A stretch of DNA of 64,000 bases from Longimicrobiales bacterium (GTDB taxonomy: Bacteria > Gemmatimonadota > Gemmatimonadetes > Longimicrobiales > Gaopeijiaceae). Of the stretch, positions 29,203 to 38,290 are shown one piece after another (position 1 is the stretch's first letter; each line of letters opens with the position of its first letter). The DNA lies in NCBI GenBank assembly GCA_965204735.1, contig OZ242008.1:2592001-2656000 (forward strand), written 5' to 3'. Both the position numbers and the translations under genes were made by a program. Below the pieces are notes generated by a model. It made no database searches and was not told the DNA's origin. It worked only from the letters and a program-made list of their open reading frames with translations.

Positions 29203-29639
29203 GTCGTCCGCTCGACCAGCCCCAGCATCTCCAGCGCGGCCTCGGCGAACTCGGCGCCCTTGTCGGCTCCGTCGCGGTCGGCGCGCTCGAAGGCCTGCTC
29301 GGGGGTGTTGGTGGCCAGCACGCCGAAGACCACGGGGATGCGGACGGCGAGCGCGACCTCTCCGAGCCCGCGGCTGGCGTGGCCCGCCACCAGGTCGAAG
29401 TGGGCGGTCTCGCCGCGGATCACGCATCCGACGGCGATCAGGGCGTCGTGACGGCCGGACTCGGATATCCACCGGGCGGCCTGGGGCAGCTCCCACGAGC
29501 CGGGCACTCGGTAGACGTCGATCCGGTCCGGGGGAACGCCCTCGGCGAGAAGGCGGGTTCGGGCGCCGGCCAGGAGCTCCTCGGTGACCATGCTGTTGAA
29601 GCGCGCGACCAGCAAGGCGATCCGGGGGGGAGCGCTCAC
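29199..29639 (-). CDS. ribH: 6,7-dimethyl-8-ribityllumazine synthase
   Basis: ARFNSMVT, VPGSWELP, GCVIRGETAHFD and PVVFGVL motifs. Confidence 0.96.
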   Translation of the reverse strand: MSAPPRIALLVARFNSMVTEELLAGARTRLLAEGVPPDRIDVYRVPGSWELPQAARWISESGRHDALIAVGCVIRGETAHFDLVAGHASRGLGEVALAVRIPVVFGVLATNTPEQAFERADRDGADKGAEFAEAALEMLGLVERTT

Positions 29640-29673
29640 CGGGACGCCTCGGCGGCGGCGTCGGGCCGCGGCC

Positions 29674-30969
29674 TCATCGTCCCCACCGCCGTTCCCAGCG
29701 TCTTCGGCGGGACGCCTCGTCGTCGGCGTCGGGCCGGCCGCGGCCGTCGGCAGCCGCCGGGCCGGAAAGGGGCACGCGGCCCGCGATCTCCAGGCGATAG
29801 CCGTCCAGGCCCACGATGCGACGGGCGCTGTTGGTCAGGAGGCGGATTGACGCAAGTCGCAAGTCCAGAAGGATTTGCGCGCCAATTCCGTAGTCTCTAA
29901 GGGCCTGCCGCGGCACGGGCTGGGGGTTGCCGGGGCCGGGGTCGGCGGCTTGGGAGGCCTGGTTGGGGCCGGGGTCGCCGGCCTGGGAGGCTTGGTCGGA
30001 GCCGGGGTCGGCGGCCTGGTCGGGACCGGAGTCGCCGGCCGCGGCGCGGAGCCGCTCCAGCAAGCGTTCCCCCGAGTGGGGTCTGGGGAGGTAGACGACC
30101 ACGCCCTCTCCTTCGGCCTCGATCCGCCTCATGGCACCGGCAAGGAGGCTGCCGCCGGGTTCGTCCAGCGAGGCGAAGGTGTCGGCCAGGGGGTTCTCGG
30201 CGTGCATCCGCACGAGCACGCCGGCTTTCCCTTCCGGCGCGCCCTTCACCAGCGCCAAGTGGACCCGCTCGTCGATCTCGCTCTTGTAGCCCAGCACGCG
30301 GAACTCGCCCCACGCGGTGCGGAGCGGCGCCTCGACGACCCGCGTCACCAACCGCTCCCGGGAGAGGCGGTAGGCCACGAGCTGCTCGACCGTGACGAAC
30401 TTGAGGTCGTGTTGGGCGGCCATCGCTTCCAGCGCGTCCCGTCTGGCCATTGTGCCGTCCTCGGCGAGGACTTCGCAGATGACTCCGACGGGCGCGAGGC
30501 CGGCGAGGCGGGCCAAGTCCACGGCCGCTTCGGTCTGTCCCACCCGGCGGAGCACGCCGCCCTTGCGCGCCCGAAGCGGAAAGACGTGGCCGGGGCGCCG
30601 CAGGTCGCCTGGAACGGAGGCCGGGTCCACGAGGGCCTGAACGGTCCTGGCCCGGTCGTGGGCCGAGATGCCCGTGGTGACGCCGAAGCGTCTATGGGCG
30701 TCCACCGACACCGTGAAGGCGGTGCCCTGGGGATCGGTGTTGCGGTCCGTCATCAAGGGAAGCTCCAAGGTGTCCGCCCGTTCCGCCGTGAGGGCGACGC
30801 ACACGAGGCCGCGACCGTGGCGGGTCATGAAGTTGATCAGCTCCGGCGTCGCCTTCTCCGCGGCGCACACCAAGTCGCCCTCGTCCTCCCGGTCCTCGTC
30901 GTCGGCGACGATGACCAGCTTGCCCGCGGCTATGTGGCGAATGGCGTCGGGAATGGTGTCGAGAGGCAT
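29674..30969 (-). CDS. ribB: DHBP synthase fused to a degenerate GTP cyclohydrolase II-like domain (RibBX-like)
   Basis: DDEDREDEGDL, TAFTVSVD, TTGISAHDR and RPGHVFPL motifs are intact. The C-terminal domain lacks the Zn-binding cysteines. Confidence 0.9.
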   Translation of the reverse strand: MPLDTIPDAIRHIAAGKLVIVADDEDREDEGDLVCAAEKATPELINFMTRHGRGLVCVALTAERADTLELPLMTDRNTDPQGTAFTVSVDAHRRFGVTTGISAHDRARTVQALVDPASVPGDLRRPGHVFPLRARKGGVLRRVGQTEAAVDLARLAGLAPVGVICEVLAEDGTMARRDALEAMAAQHDLKFVTVEQLVAYRLSRERLVTRVVEAPLRTAWGEFRVLGYKSEIDERVHLALVKGAPEGKAGVLVRMHAENPLADTFASLDEPGGSLLAGAMRRIEAEGEGVVVYLPRPHSGERLLERLRAAAGDSGPDQAADPGSDQASQAGDPGPNQASQAADPGPGNPQPVPRQALRDYGIGAQILLDLRLASIRLLTNSARRIVGLDGYRLEIAGRVPLSGPAAADGRGRPDADDEASRRRRWERRWGR

Positions 30970-30982
30970 GAGGAAGCCTTCC

Positions 30983-31594
30983 CTACGGGTCCAGGTTGCG
31001 GGCGCCGAGGACGCGCTGCACGTACTTGCCCACCAGGTCCGCCTCCACGTTCACGGGGTCGCCGGGCGCGAGCGCGGAAAGATTGGTGTGCTTCCACGTA
31101 TGGGGCACGACGGCAACCTGGCAAACGGAGCCGGGACCAAGTCCGTCGACCGTCAGGCTGACGCCGTTGATCGCAATGGAGCCGTGGAGCACCGTGACGG
31201 CCGACACCTCGTCGGGGAGCCGGAAGGTCATGAACCGCGTGCTCCCTCGCGTCTCGCGGTCCAGGAGCGCGCCGGTCCCGTCCACGTGGCCTTGGACGAG
31301 GTGGCCGTCCAAGCGGTCCCCGGCCCGGACGCCCCGCTCCAGATTGACCCGCGCGCCCGGTCGGTAGCTCGCCGCCACGGTGCGGTCCAGCGTGGCAAGG
31401 CCGGCCTCGACGGAGAAGGACGGCGCGAGGCTCGGGTGCACTCGGCGGACGGTCAGGCAGGCGCCGTCCACGGCGACGGAACGACCCGGCGCCAGCTCGG
31501 CGGCGAAGGCGGCTTCGACCACCAGGGCGCGGCCGCCCTCCGTCTCGCTGACCTGGGCGATCGTGCCCACGGACTCGACGATGCCGGTGAACAC
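30983..31594 (-). CDS. ribE: Riboflavin synthase (alpha chain)
   Basis: MFTGIVE start; GACLTV, VNLER, GHLVQGHVDG and GSIAINGVSLTV motifs. Confidence 0.96.
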   Translation of the reverse strand: MFTGIVESVGTIAQVSETEGGRALVVEAAFAAELAPGRSVAVDGACLTVRRVHPSLAPSFSVEAGLATLDRTVAASYRPGARVNLERGVRAGDRLDGHLVQGHVDGTGALLDRETRGSTRFMTFRLPDEVSAVTVLHGSIAINGVSLTVDGLGPGSVCQVAVVPHTWKHTNLSALAPGDPVNVEADLVGKYVQRVLGARNLDP

Positions 31595-31595
31595 G

Positions 31596-32858
31596 TCAGC
31601 GCTCCCGGTCCAGGACGACCAAGGTGTCGGCGCCGTAGCGGACGGGGGCCAGCCGGGAGGTCCAGCCCTCGAGGACGCTGGCGGGTTCGGGAACGGCCCC
31701 GCCGCCGGAGCCGTTCAGCGGGAACGCGGGCACGGCGTCCGGGCCGAGGAGGACAGGAGCGACGAAGTAGTAGAGACGGTCCGCCAGTCCCGCCGAGAGG
31801 AGCGAGGCTGCCAAGCGGCCTCCGCCTTCGCAGAGGACGCTGTCCACGCCGCGGGCGGCGAGGAGCTGGAGCACGGCGGCCAACTCCAGCCGGGGGCGCG
31901 GAGGCGGCCGTCCGGTCGGCGCGGGCCGGGCGACGGGCGGAGGGCGGCCGTCCAGCGCGGGCCGTCCGGGCGGGGGACGGCCTTCCGGCGCGGGCCGGGC
32001 GACGGGCGACGGTTGGCCGGAGCGATGGAGCGGGTCGTCGGACGTGGCCAGGGGCGCTTCCACGACCTCGGCTCGATCTCCGAGCCGTTTCCGGAGCCGG
32101 GCCGCCGCGTCGGGAGCCGCGACGACGAGCGGGGGCCGGCCCAGGCGGGCGTCCAGCGCGCGGGCGTCGTTCGGCAGCTCGCCCCGTCGGTCCAGGAGGA
32201 CGCGCAGGGGGGGGATCCGAGAGGCGACGGGCCCCCGCGCGGTGAGGCGCGGGTCGTCGGCCTTCCATGTCCTCGTGCCCACCATGACGGCGCCGAACCC
32301 TGCGCGAAGGCGGTGAACCTCGCGCCGGGCCTCTTCCGCCGTCAGCCAGACGCGTCGGCCTGCCGGAGGAGCGATCCGCCCGTCCAAGCTGGCGGCCAGC
32401 TTGATCGCCACGTAGGGCCGGTCCGAGCTCGCCGCGTGAAAGAACGCCGGGTTCTCCGCCGCCCACTCCCCGGGGTCGCCAAAAGGACCGTCCACCTGAA
32501 CGCCCCGGCGCCGCAGCCAGGCTCCGCCCCCGCCGGAGCGGCGCCCCGGGTCCGCCGCCCAGTAGACGACCCTGGCCACGCCCGCGTCGCGCACCGCCTC
32601 GGCGCACGGCGGAGTCTTCCCCTGGTGCGCGCAAGGCTCCAGGCTGGCGTAGAGGGTGGCCCCCCGGGCGTCTCCCGCCCTTGCCAGGGCCACGGCTTCC
32701 GCATGAGGGCCGCCGAACTCCTCGTGCCAGCCCTCGCCGACGACCCGACCGTCCCGGGTCACGACGGCGCCCGCCATCGGGTTCGGATGGACTCGCCCCC
32801 AGCCCCTGCGCGCGATCTCCACGGCGCGGGCCAGCAGCCGCCGGTCGGCGGCGGTCAA
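31596..32858 (-). CDS. ribD: Bifunctional riboflavin deaminase/reductase
   Basis: PNPMAGAV, HAEAVAL, LEPCAHQGKTPPC, KLAASLDGRIA and VLCEGG motifs. TTG start at 32858 overlaps the upstream stop. Confidence 0.94.
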   Translation of the reverse strand: MTAADRRLLARAVEIARRGWGRVHPNPMAGAVVTRDGRVVGEGWHEEFGGPHAEAVALARAGDARGATLYASLEPCAHQGKTPPCAEAVRDAGVARVVYWAADPGRRSGGGGAWLRRRGVQVDGPFGDPGEWAAENPAFFHAASSDRPYVAIKLAASLDGRIAPPAGRRVWLTAEEARREVHRLRAGFGAVMVGTRTWKADDPRLTARGPVASRIPPLRVLLDRRGELPNDARALDARLGRPPLVVAAPDAAARLRKRLGDRAEVVEAPLATSDDPLHRSGQPSPVARPAPEGRPPPGRPALDGRPPPVARPAPTGRPPPRPRLELAAVLQLLAARGVDSVLCEGGGRLAASLLSAGLADRLYYFVAPVLLGPDAVPAFPLNGSGGGAVPEPASVLEGWTSRLAPVRYGADTLVVLDRER

Positions 32859-33856
32859 AGGGTGACCCGGAACGCGGCGGAGGCGAACCACGTGCGCCGG
32901 GCGGGGTCGAACGGCGCCCCTTGCCGGTCGGCGGAGAACGGATCGTCCACGCCTTCGGCGAGCCCGGCTTCGAGAGAGACTTGGGAGATCACGAAGTTGA
33001 ACCAAGCCGCGGCGAAGTAGAGCAGCCGGTCCGATCGAACTCGACCCTCGGCCGACGCCGAGTCGCCGTTCGTCGAGGAAAAGGCGACACGGGCGTCTCC
33101 TTCGTACCGATCCCACCCGGCGCCCGCCATGACGCCGATCACGAACCAGTTCTTCCCCGCCGTGGCCCTCAGCGACGAAACCGTCAGCCCCGTCTCGACC
33201 TCCGTCGCCGGGTCGTCGTCCTCCGTCGATCCCGCGCGAACGGCGCCGTGCCAGCGCCGAGTCGCCGAGACGGAGACGCCGGGCAGCACGAAGGACTCGC
33301 GCACGAGGCCAAGCCGCGCCCCGGCGCCGAAGCCGTGGGACGAGCCGCCGAAGCCCGCGCCCGTCGGCAGACGCACCAGGGAGTAGGAGGCCGTCAAGTC
33401 GAGGGAAAGGACGCCGCCCATGTTGGGCATGAGGCGAAAGCCGTCCAGCAGGCCGGCGGCGGCGCCGACCCGCATGCCCCAAGGGAAGAAGCCTTGCTCC
33501 TGCCGCAGGTCTTCCAGCGAACGGCCCGCCACGCGGGGCATGGCCGTCCGCACCCCCAGCGCCGAGAGCGAGAAGCTGGTTCGGGGAACGCGGCCGAGCC
33601 GCCGCCCCAGGGTGCTGGGCGTCCCCGGCACGTCGCTGCCCAGCGCCGACGCCAAGCCGGCGCCCCGCTGGATCGCCATCGCCGCCAGCGCCAGCTCCCG
33701 GCAGTGGACCAGAGCGGCGGGCGCGCACTGCTCGGCCAACTCCGTCAAGCCCCTGGCGCTCCCCCGGGGAAGGGCGTCGCTCTGGCCTGCCGCCGCGGAA
33801 AAGGTGGCCAGCGGACAACAAGCCCAGAAGACGAGGACGCGGCGGCGGAACGTCAC
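32855..33856 (-). CDS. Hypothetical exported, probably outer-membrane beta-barrel protein
   Basis: Signal-like N-terminus, amphipathic beta-strand pattern and C-terminal WFASAAFRVTL. It overlaps both neighbouring genes. Confidence 0.6.
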   Translation of the reverse strand: MTFRRRVLVFWACCPLATFSAAAGQSDALPRGSARGLTELAEQCAPAALVHCRELALAAMAIQRGAGLASALGSDVPGTPSTLGRRLGRVPRTSFSLSALGVRTAMPRVAGRSLEDLRQEQGFFPWGMRVGAAAGLLDGFRLMPNMGGVLSLDLTASYSLVRLPTGAGFGGSSHGFGAGARLGLVRESFVLPGVSVSATRRWHGAVRAGSTEDDDPATEVETGLTVSSLRATAGKNWFVIGVMAGAGWDRYEGDARVAFSSTNGDSASAEGRVRSDRLLYFAAAWFNFVISQVSLEAGLAEGVDDPFSADRQGAPFDPARRTWFASAAFRVTL

Positions 33857-35004
33857 GGCGCCTTCTCCGGGTCCGGCCGCGCGGGCTCGGCCTGGTCGCG
33901 CCCGACGCCCTGCGATCCGGCGTCACCGTCGATGGTCACCGGGGGGTCCGGTCGCGCCGGCTCGGCCTCGTCGTGCCCGACCCCGTCCAAGCGGACGCCG
34001 GGAACGTCCGTCACTTCGCCCAGCGCCCAGGCGCCGTCGTCCAGCTCGGCCAGCACGTCGTCCGCCGCCTCGGGGGATGCAACCAGGATCAAGCCGACCC
34101 CCATGTTGAAGACCCGGAACATCTCGCGCGCCTCGACGCCGCCGCCCTCCGCCAGTCTTCGGAAGACGTTGGGAACCTGCCAGGACCGGCAGTCGATCCG
34201 CGCGCCCGTTCCCTCCGGCAGCGCCCGGGGAAGGTTGCCTTCGATCCCGCCGCCGGTCACGTGGGCCATCGCCTTGATCTGGCCGCCGTCCAGCAGCGGT
34301 TCGACCGGGTTCAGGTACGACCGGTGGACGCGCAGCAGGACGTCGGCGACGGTGGCGTCCTCGCCCGGGAAGGGCTCGTCGGGCCGAAGGCGCATGCGCT
34401 CGAAGACGATCTTGCGGGCCAAGGTGTAGCCGTTGGTGTGGAGGCCCGTCGAAGGGAGCGCGACGAGACGGTCTCCCAGAGCGACCCGGGCGCCGTCGAT
34501 CAGCCGCGCGCGCTCCGCCGCCCCCACCACGAAGCCCGCCAGGTCGTACTCGCCCGGCGCGTAGAAGCCGGGCATCTCGGCCGTCTCGCCTCCCAGGAGC
34601 GCGCACCTGTTCTCGCGACAGGCCCGGGCCACGCCCGAGACGATCTGGGAGACGACTTCGCCGTCCATCTTCCCGGTCGCCAGGTAGTCCAGGAAGAAGA
34701 GGGGGCGCGCGCCTTGGACCAGGACGTCGTTCACGCAGTGGTTGACCAGGTCCCGGCCCACCGTGTCGTGGCGGCCCGATGCGAAGGCCGCTTGGAGCTT
34801 GGTTCCCACGCCGTCGGCGCTGGCCACGAGCACCGGGGCCTCCATGCCGGGCGGCACGGCGTACGCGCCGCCGAACGCTCCTGGGCGCGAAAGGGTGTTC
34901 GCGTCTCGGGTGGCGGCGAGGATCGGTCCGAGGGAGCGCTTGGCGCGCTCGGCGGCGTCCAGGTCCACGCCCGCCGCTTGGTAGGTCAGGCCGGGGCCGG
35001 TCAC
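33853..35004 (-). CDS. purM: Phosphoribosylformylglycinamidine cyclo-ligase
   Basis: LTYQAAGVD, DGVGTKL, PLFFLDY, LLGGETAEMPG, GLHTNGY, HVTGGG and FNMGVG motifs. Confidence 0.96.
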   Translation of the reverse strand: MTGPGLTYQAAGVDLDAAERAKRSLGPILAATRDANTLSRPGAFGGAYAVPPGMEAPVLVASADGVGTKLQAAFASGRHDTVGRDLVNHCVNDVLVQGARPLFFLDYLATGKMDGEVVSQIVSGVARACRENRCALLGGETAEMPGFYAPGEYDLAGFVVGAAERARLIDGARVALGDRLVALPSTGLHTNGYTLARKIVFERMRLRPDEPFPGEDATVADVLLRVHRSYLNPVEPLLDGGQIKAMAHVTGGGIEGNLPRALPEGTGARIDCRSWQVPNVFRRLAEGGGVEAREMFRVFNMGVGLILVASPEAADDVLAELDDGAWALGEVTDVPGVRLDGVGHDEAEPARPDPPVTIDGDAGSQGVGRDQAEPARPDPEKAP

Positions 35005-35924
35005 GCACCCGCTCCGGCAGGCGCCTCGCGGAGTCGGCCGAGCGCTCGGAACGCGGTTTCGACCTCGTCGGCGCCGACGTCCCGGAGGCGGTCCGCCGAA
35101 AACGCCTCCACCGCGAACGAGCCCATGACCGCCCCGTAGGCCATCGCGGCCTCGAGGGCGCGCTTGTCGCCGACGGCCGCCCCGACTCGGTCCAGGTGGC
35201 CCATGAACCCTCCGGCGAAGGCGTCGCCGGCGCCGGTCGGATCCACGACCCTGGCCGCGGGCCGGCCCGGGCACTCGCAGCTCCATCCGTCGGCGAAGAG
35301 CACGGCGCCGCGCTCGGCCAGCTTCACCACGACGAGCTTTGGCCCCTGTGCGCGGATCCACTCGGCGGCGTGGACCACATCCGGCGACCCGGAGAGCTGA
35401 AGGGCCTCCTCGTCGTTGACGAGCAGCACGTCCAGGCGCGAGAGGAGGCGCATCAGAGCGTCGCGCGCGCCGGCGATCCAGAAGTTCATGGTGTCGGCGG
35501 CCACGAGCCGGGGGGCCGCCACCTGATCCAGCACCCGGAGCTGCAGCGCCGGGTCGATGTTCCCCAGAAAGACCACTTCCGAGTCCTGATAGGCGGACGG
35601 CACCACGGGGTCGAAGGCGCCGAAGACGCCCAGGCGGGTCTCCAACGTGTCGCGAACCGCGAACTCTTCCCGGTAGCGTCCCGCCCAGAAGAAGCTCTCG
35701 CCGGGGGCCTGCTCGAGCCCGCGCAGGTCCACGCCGGCCTCTTCCAGAAAGCGGAGGCGGCCCAGGGGGTAGTCGTCTCCCACCACCGCCACGACCCGAA
35801 CGTCCGCGAAGCGGGAAGCGGACGCGCCGAAGAAGACCGCGGATCCGCCGACCACCCGTTCGGCGCGGGCGAAGGGCGTCTCCACCGTGTCCAGCGCAAC
35901 GCTCCCCACGACGAGCGCCGACAC
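35001..35924 (-). CDS. PfkB-family carbohydrate/nucleoside kinase
   Basis: VVGSVALDTVETP, GGSAVFF and VVDPTGAGDAFAGGF motifs. Confidence 0.92.
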   Translation of the reverse strand: MSALVVGSVALDTVETPFARAERVVGGSAVFFGASASRFADVRVVAVVGDDYPLGRLRFLEEAGVDLRGLEQAPGESFFWAGRYREEFAVRDTLETRLGVFGAFDPVVPSAYQDSEVVFLGNIDPALQLRVLDQVAAPRLVAADTMNFWIAGARDALMRLLSRLDVLLVNDEEALQLSGSPDVVHAAEWIRAQGPKLVVVKLAERGAVLFADGWSCECPGRPAARVVDPTGAGDAFAGGFMGHLDRVGAAVGDKRALEAAMAYGAVMGSFAVEAFSADRLRDVGADEVETAFRALGRLREAPAGAGA

Positions 35925-35925
35925 G

Positions 35926-37710
35926 CTACCCGCTCCCGCCGTCCCGCGGCGCGTCGGCGTCCGCCGGGCGGCGCAACCGCTCGGGCGCGGGCACGCCCAG
36001 CAACGTCAAGCCGTTGCGGAGCACGATCCGGGCCGCCTGAACGAGAGCCATGCGCGCGCTCCGCACTCGGTCGTCGTCGGGCGAGAGCGCGGCCAGCTCG
36101 GGGCGGCGCGAAGGGTGGCCCGCCTGGTACCACGAGTTCACCGCCCCGGCCGTCTTCTCCAGGTAGCCGCACACGACCTGCGGGGCGCGGGCGGCCGCGG
36201 CCCGGGCCACGAAGCCGGGGAACTCCGCCAGCTGGCCGGCCAGTTCGCGCTCGAGGGGGTGCGCAAGAAGGGAGAGGGTCGGCCCGTCGAGTTGGGCGCC
36301 GGCGGCAGGAGGAGCAGGACGGCGGGAGGAGCCGGCGACAGGGGCGCCGCGCTCGGCGGAGGCGGCTTCCACCGCCGCCGGCGTCCACCCCCGCTGCCGC
36401 GCCAAGTCGATGAGCCGGCAGAGGCGGGCGTGGGCGTACTGGACCTTGTAGACCGGGTTCTTCTCCGACTGGTCCAGCGCCACGTCCAGGTCGAAGGTCA
36501 GGTGGGCCTCGGGACGGCGCATGAGGAAGAAGTAGCGCGCCACCCCGGCGCCCGTCTCGGCCGCCAGGTCGGCCAGCGTGGTGTACGAGCCGGCGCGCTT
36601 GGAGAAGCGGACCTCCTCGCCGTCCCGCTCCACCGTGACCATCTGGTGCAGCACGTACTCGGGGTAGCCCGGGGGGCGGCCCAGCGCTTGAAGCCCGGCG
36701 CGGACCCGGTCCACCGTGCCGTGGTGGTCGGCGCCCTGCACGTTGACGACGTGGTGGAAGCCCCGGTCCCACTTGGACATGTGGTAGGCCACGTCGGGAA
36801 GGAAGTAGGTCGGCGATCCGTCGCGCTTGACCATGACCCGGTCCTTCTGGTCTCCGAACTCGGTGGTGCGAAGCCAGCGGGCTCCGTCGCGGCGGTAGGC
36901 GAGGCCCGTCTCTTCCAGGGCGTCGAGGGTGTCGGCCAGCCTGCCGTCTTCGTAGAGGCTGCTCTCCGAGTAGAACTCGTCGAAGCGGACTCCGAACGCC
37001 TCCAGATCCGCTTCCTGCTCGCGGCGAAGAAGCGCCACGGCAAAGCGCCGGACGTCGTCGAGAGGCAGCACGACCGAGCGTTCGGCCAGCAGCGTCTGCG
37101 CGATCTCGGCCACGTACTCGCCGTGGTAGCCGTCCTCGGGCACGGGCTCGTCCTGGCCCAGGGCCTGAAGGCACCGCGCGCGGACGCTGGCGGCCAATCG
37201 GTCCATCTGACGCCCGGCGTCGTTGAAGTAGAACTCCCGATGGACCCGCCATCCCGTCCATTCGAGGAGGTTGGCGATTGCGTCGCCCAGGGCCGCTTGG
37301 CGCCCGTGCCCCAAGTGGAGGGGACCCGTGGGGTTGGCGGACACGAACTCGACCATGATCCGTCGGGCACGGCCCTCGTCGCTCCGGCCGTAGCGCGCGT
37401 CCTCGGCCAAGATGCGCTGGACCGCAGAGCCGACCGCATCGGCGCTCAGGTAGAAGTTGAGGAAGCCGGGCCCGGCGACTTCGATCCGGTCCACGCCGGG
37501 CACGGCGCGCACGCGCTCCGCAAGCGCTTCGGCGATCTGCCGGGGCGGGCGTCGGAGCTTGGACGCCAGCGCCAGCGCCGCGTTGGACGCCAAGTCTCCG
37601 TGGGCCGGGTCCTTCGGGCGCTCCAACTGGACGTCGGCCTCCGGCGCGCCCAGCTCCGCAACGGCGGCCCGGACGGCGCCGGCGACTTGCTCTTCCAGCG
37701 AAGGGTTCAT
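35926..37710 (-). CDS. argS: Arginine--tRNA ligase
   Basis: VEFVSANPTGPLHLGHGR (HIGH), GADHHG, FSKRAG and NPVYKVQYAHAR motifs. Confidence 0.97.
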   Translation of the reverse strand: MNPSLEEQVAGAVRAAVAELGAPEADVQLERPKDPAHGDLASNAALALASKLRRPPRQIAEALAERVRAVPGVDRIEVAGPGFLNFYLSADAVGSAVQRILAEDARYGRSDEGRARRIMVEFVSANPTGPLHLGHGRQAALGDAIANLLEWTGWRVHREFYFNDAGRQMDRLAASVRARCLQALGQDEPVPEDGYHGEYVAEIAQTLLAERSVVLPLDDVRRFAVALLRREQEADLEAFGVRFDEFYSESSLYEDGRLADTLDALEETGLAYRRDGARWLRTTEFGDQKDRVMVKRDGSPTYFLPDVAYHMSKWDRGFHHVVNVQGADHHGTVDRVRAGLQALGRPPGYPEYVLHQMVTVERDGEEVRFSKRAGSYTTLADLAAETGAGVARYFFLMRRPEAHLTFDLDVALDQSEKNPVYKVQYAHARLCRLIDLARQRGWTPAAVEAASAERGAPVAGSSRRPAPPAAGAQLDGPTLSLLAHPLERELAGQLAEFPGFVARAAAARAPQVVCGYLEKTAGAVNSWYQAGHPSRRPELAALSPDDDRVRSARMALVQAARIVLRNGLTLLGVPAPERLRRPADADAPRDGGSG

Positions 37711-37737
37711 GCGGCTCTTTCGGCCAACGAGGACCTG

Positions 37738-38184
37738 CTACCCCTCTCGCCGCTCACCGACGTCCTTGGGGCTCGGCGAGCCGGCGCGACGCGATCCCGC
37801 GCGTTTCGATTCCGCCCCGCGAGAGTCCTGGCGTCCGGCGTCGCCGTTCTTGGTTCGCGTTCCTCGGGCGCCGGCGTCGTTCTCCGCGCCGGCTCCGGAA
37901 GCGCCGCTCCCGCGGCCCGACTTCCCGCCGGCGTCCTTTCGGCCGCCCTCGCCTTCCTTCTTGCTCTCTCCCCCGTCCTGCTTCGCCCTGTCCTTGTAGG
38001 CGTCGGAGCGGTAGTCGGTGATGTAGAACCCCTCGCCCTTGAAGAGGAGTCCGCCCCCGGCCGAGATGAGGCGCTCGGCGGTCCGGCCGCAGTCGGGACA
38101 CGGCGCGCCGGGCGGGTCGCTCATCCGCTGGAAGCGCTCGAACTCGAGAGCGCACGCCGGGCATCGGTACTCGTAGGTGGGCAT
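37738..38184 (-). CDS. FmdB-family zinc-ribbon protein
   Basis: MPTYEYRCPAC...CPDCG...LISAGGGLLFKGEGFYITDY followed by a low-complexity tail. Confidence 0.9.
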   Translation of the reverse strand: MPTYEYRCPACALEFERFQRMSDPPGAPCPDCGRTAERLISAGGGLLFKGEGFYITDYRSDAYKDRAKQDGGESKKEGEGGRKDAGGKSGRGSGASGAGAENDAGARGTRTKNGDAGRQDSRGAESKRAGSRRAGSPSPKDVGERREG

Positions 38185-38290
38185 CTGGTGGCGGCTGGTT
38201 TGACGTGACGCGGGACGCCGGGACCTAAGGTAACGCGGGAACGCTGCAATGGGCGCGCCTCCGTCGCCGCCGGAGGAAGACGGCCTCGCG

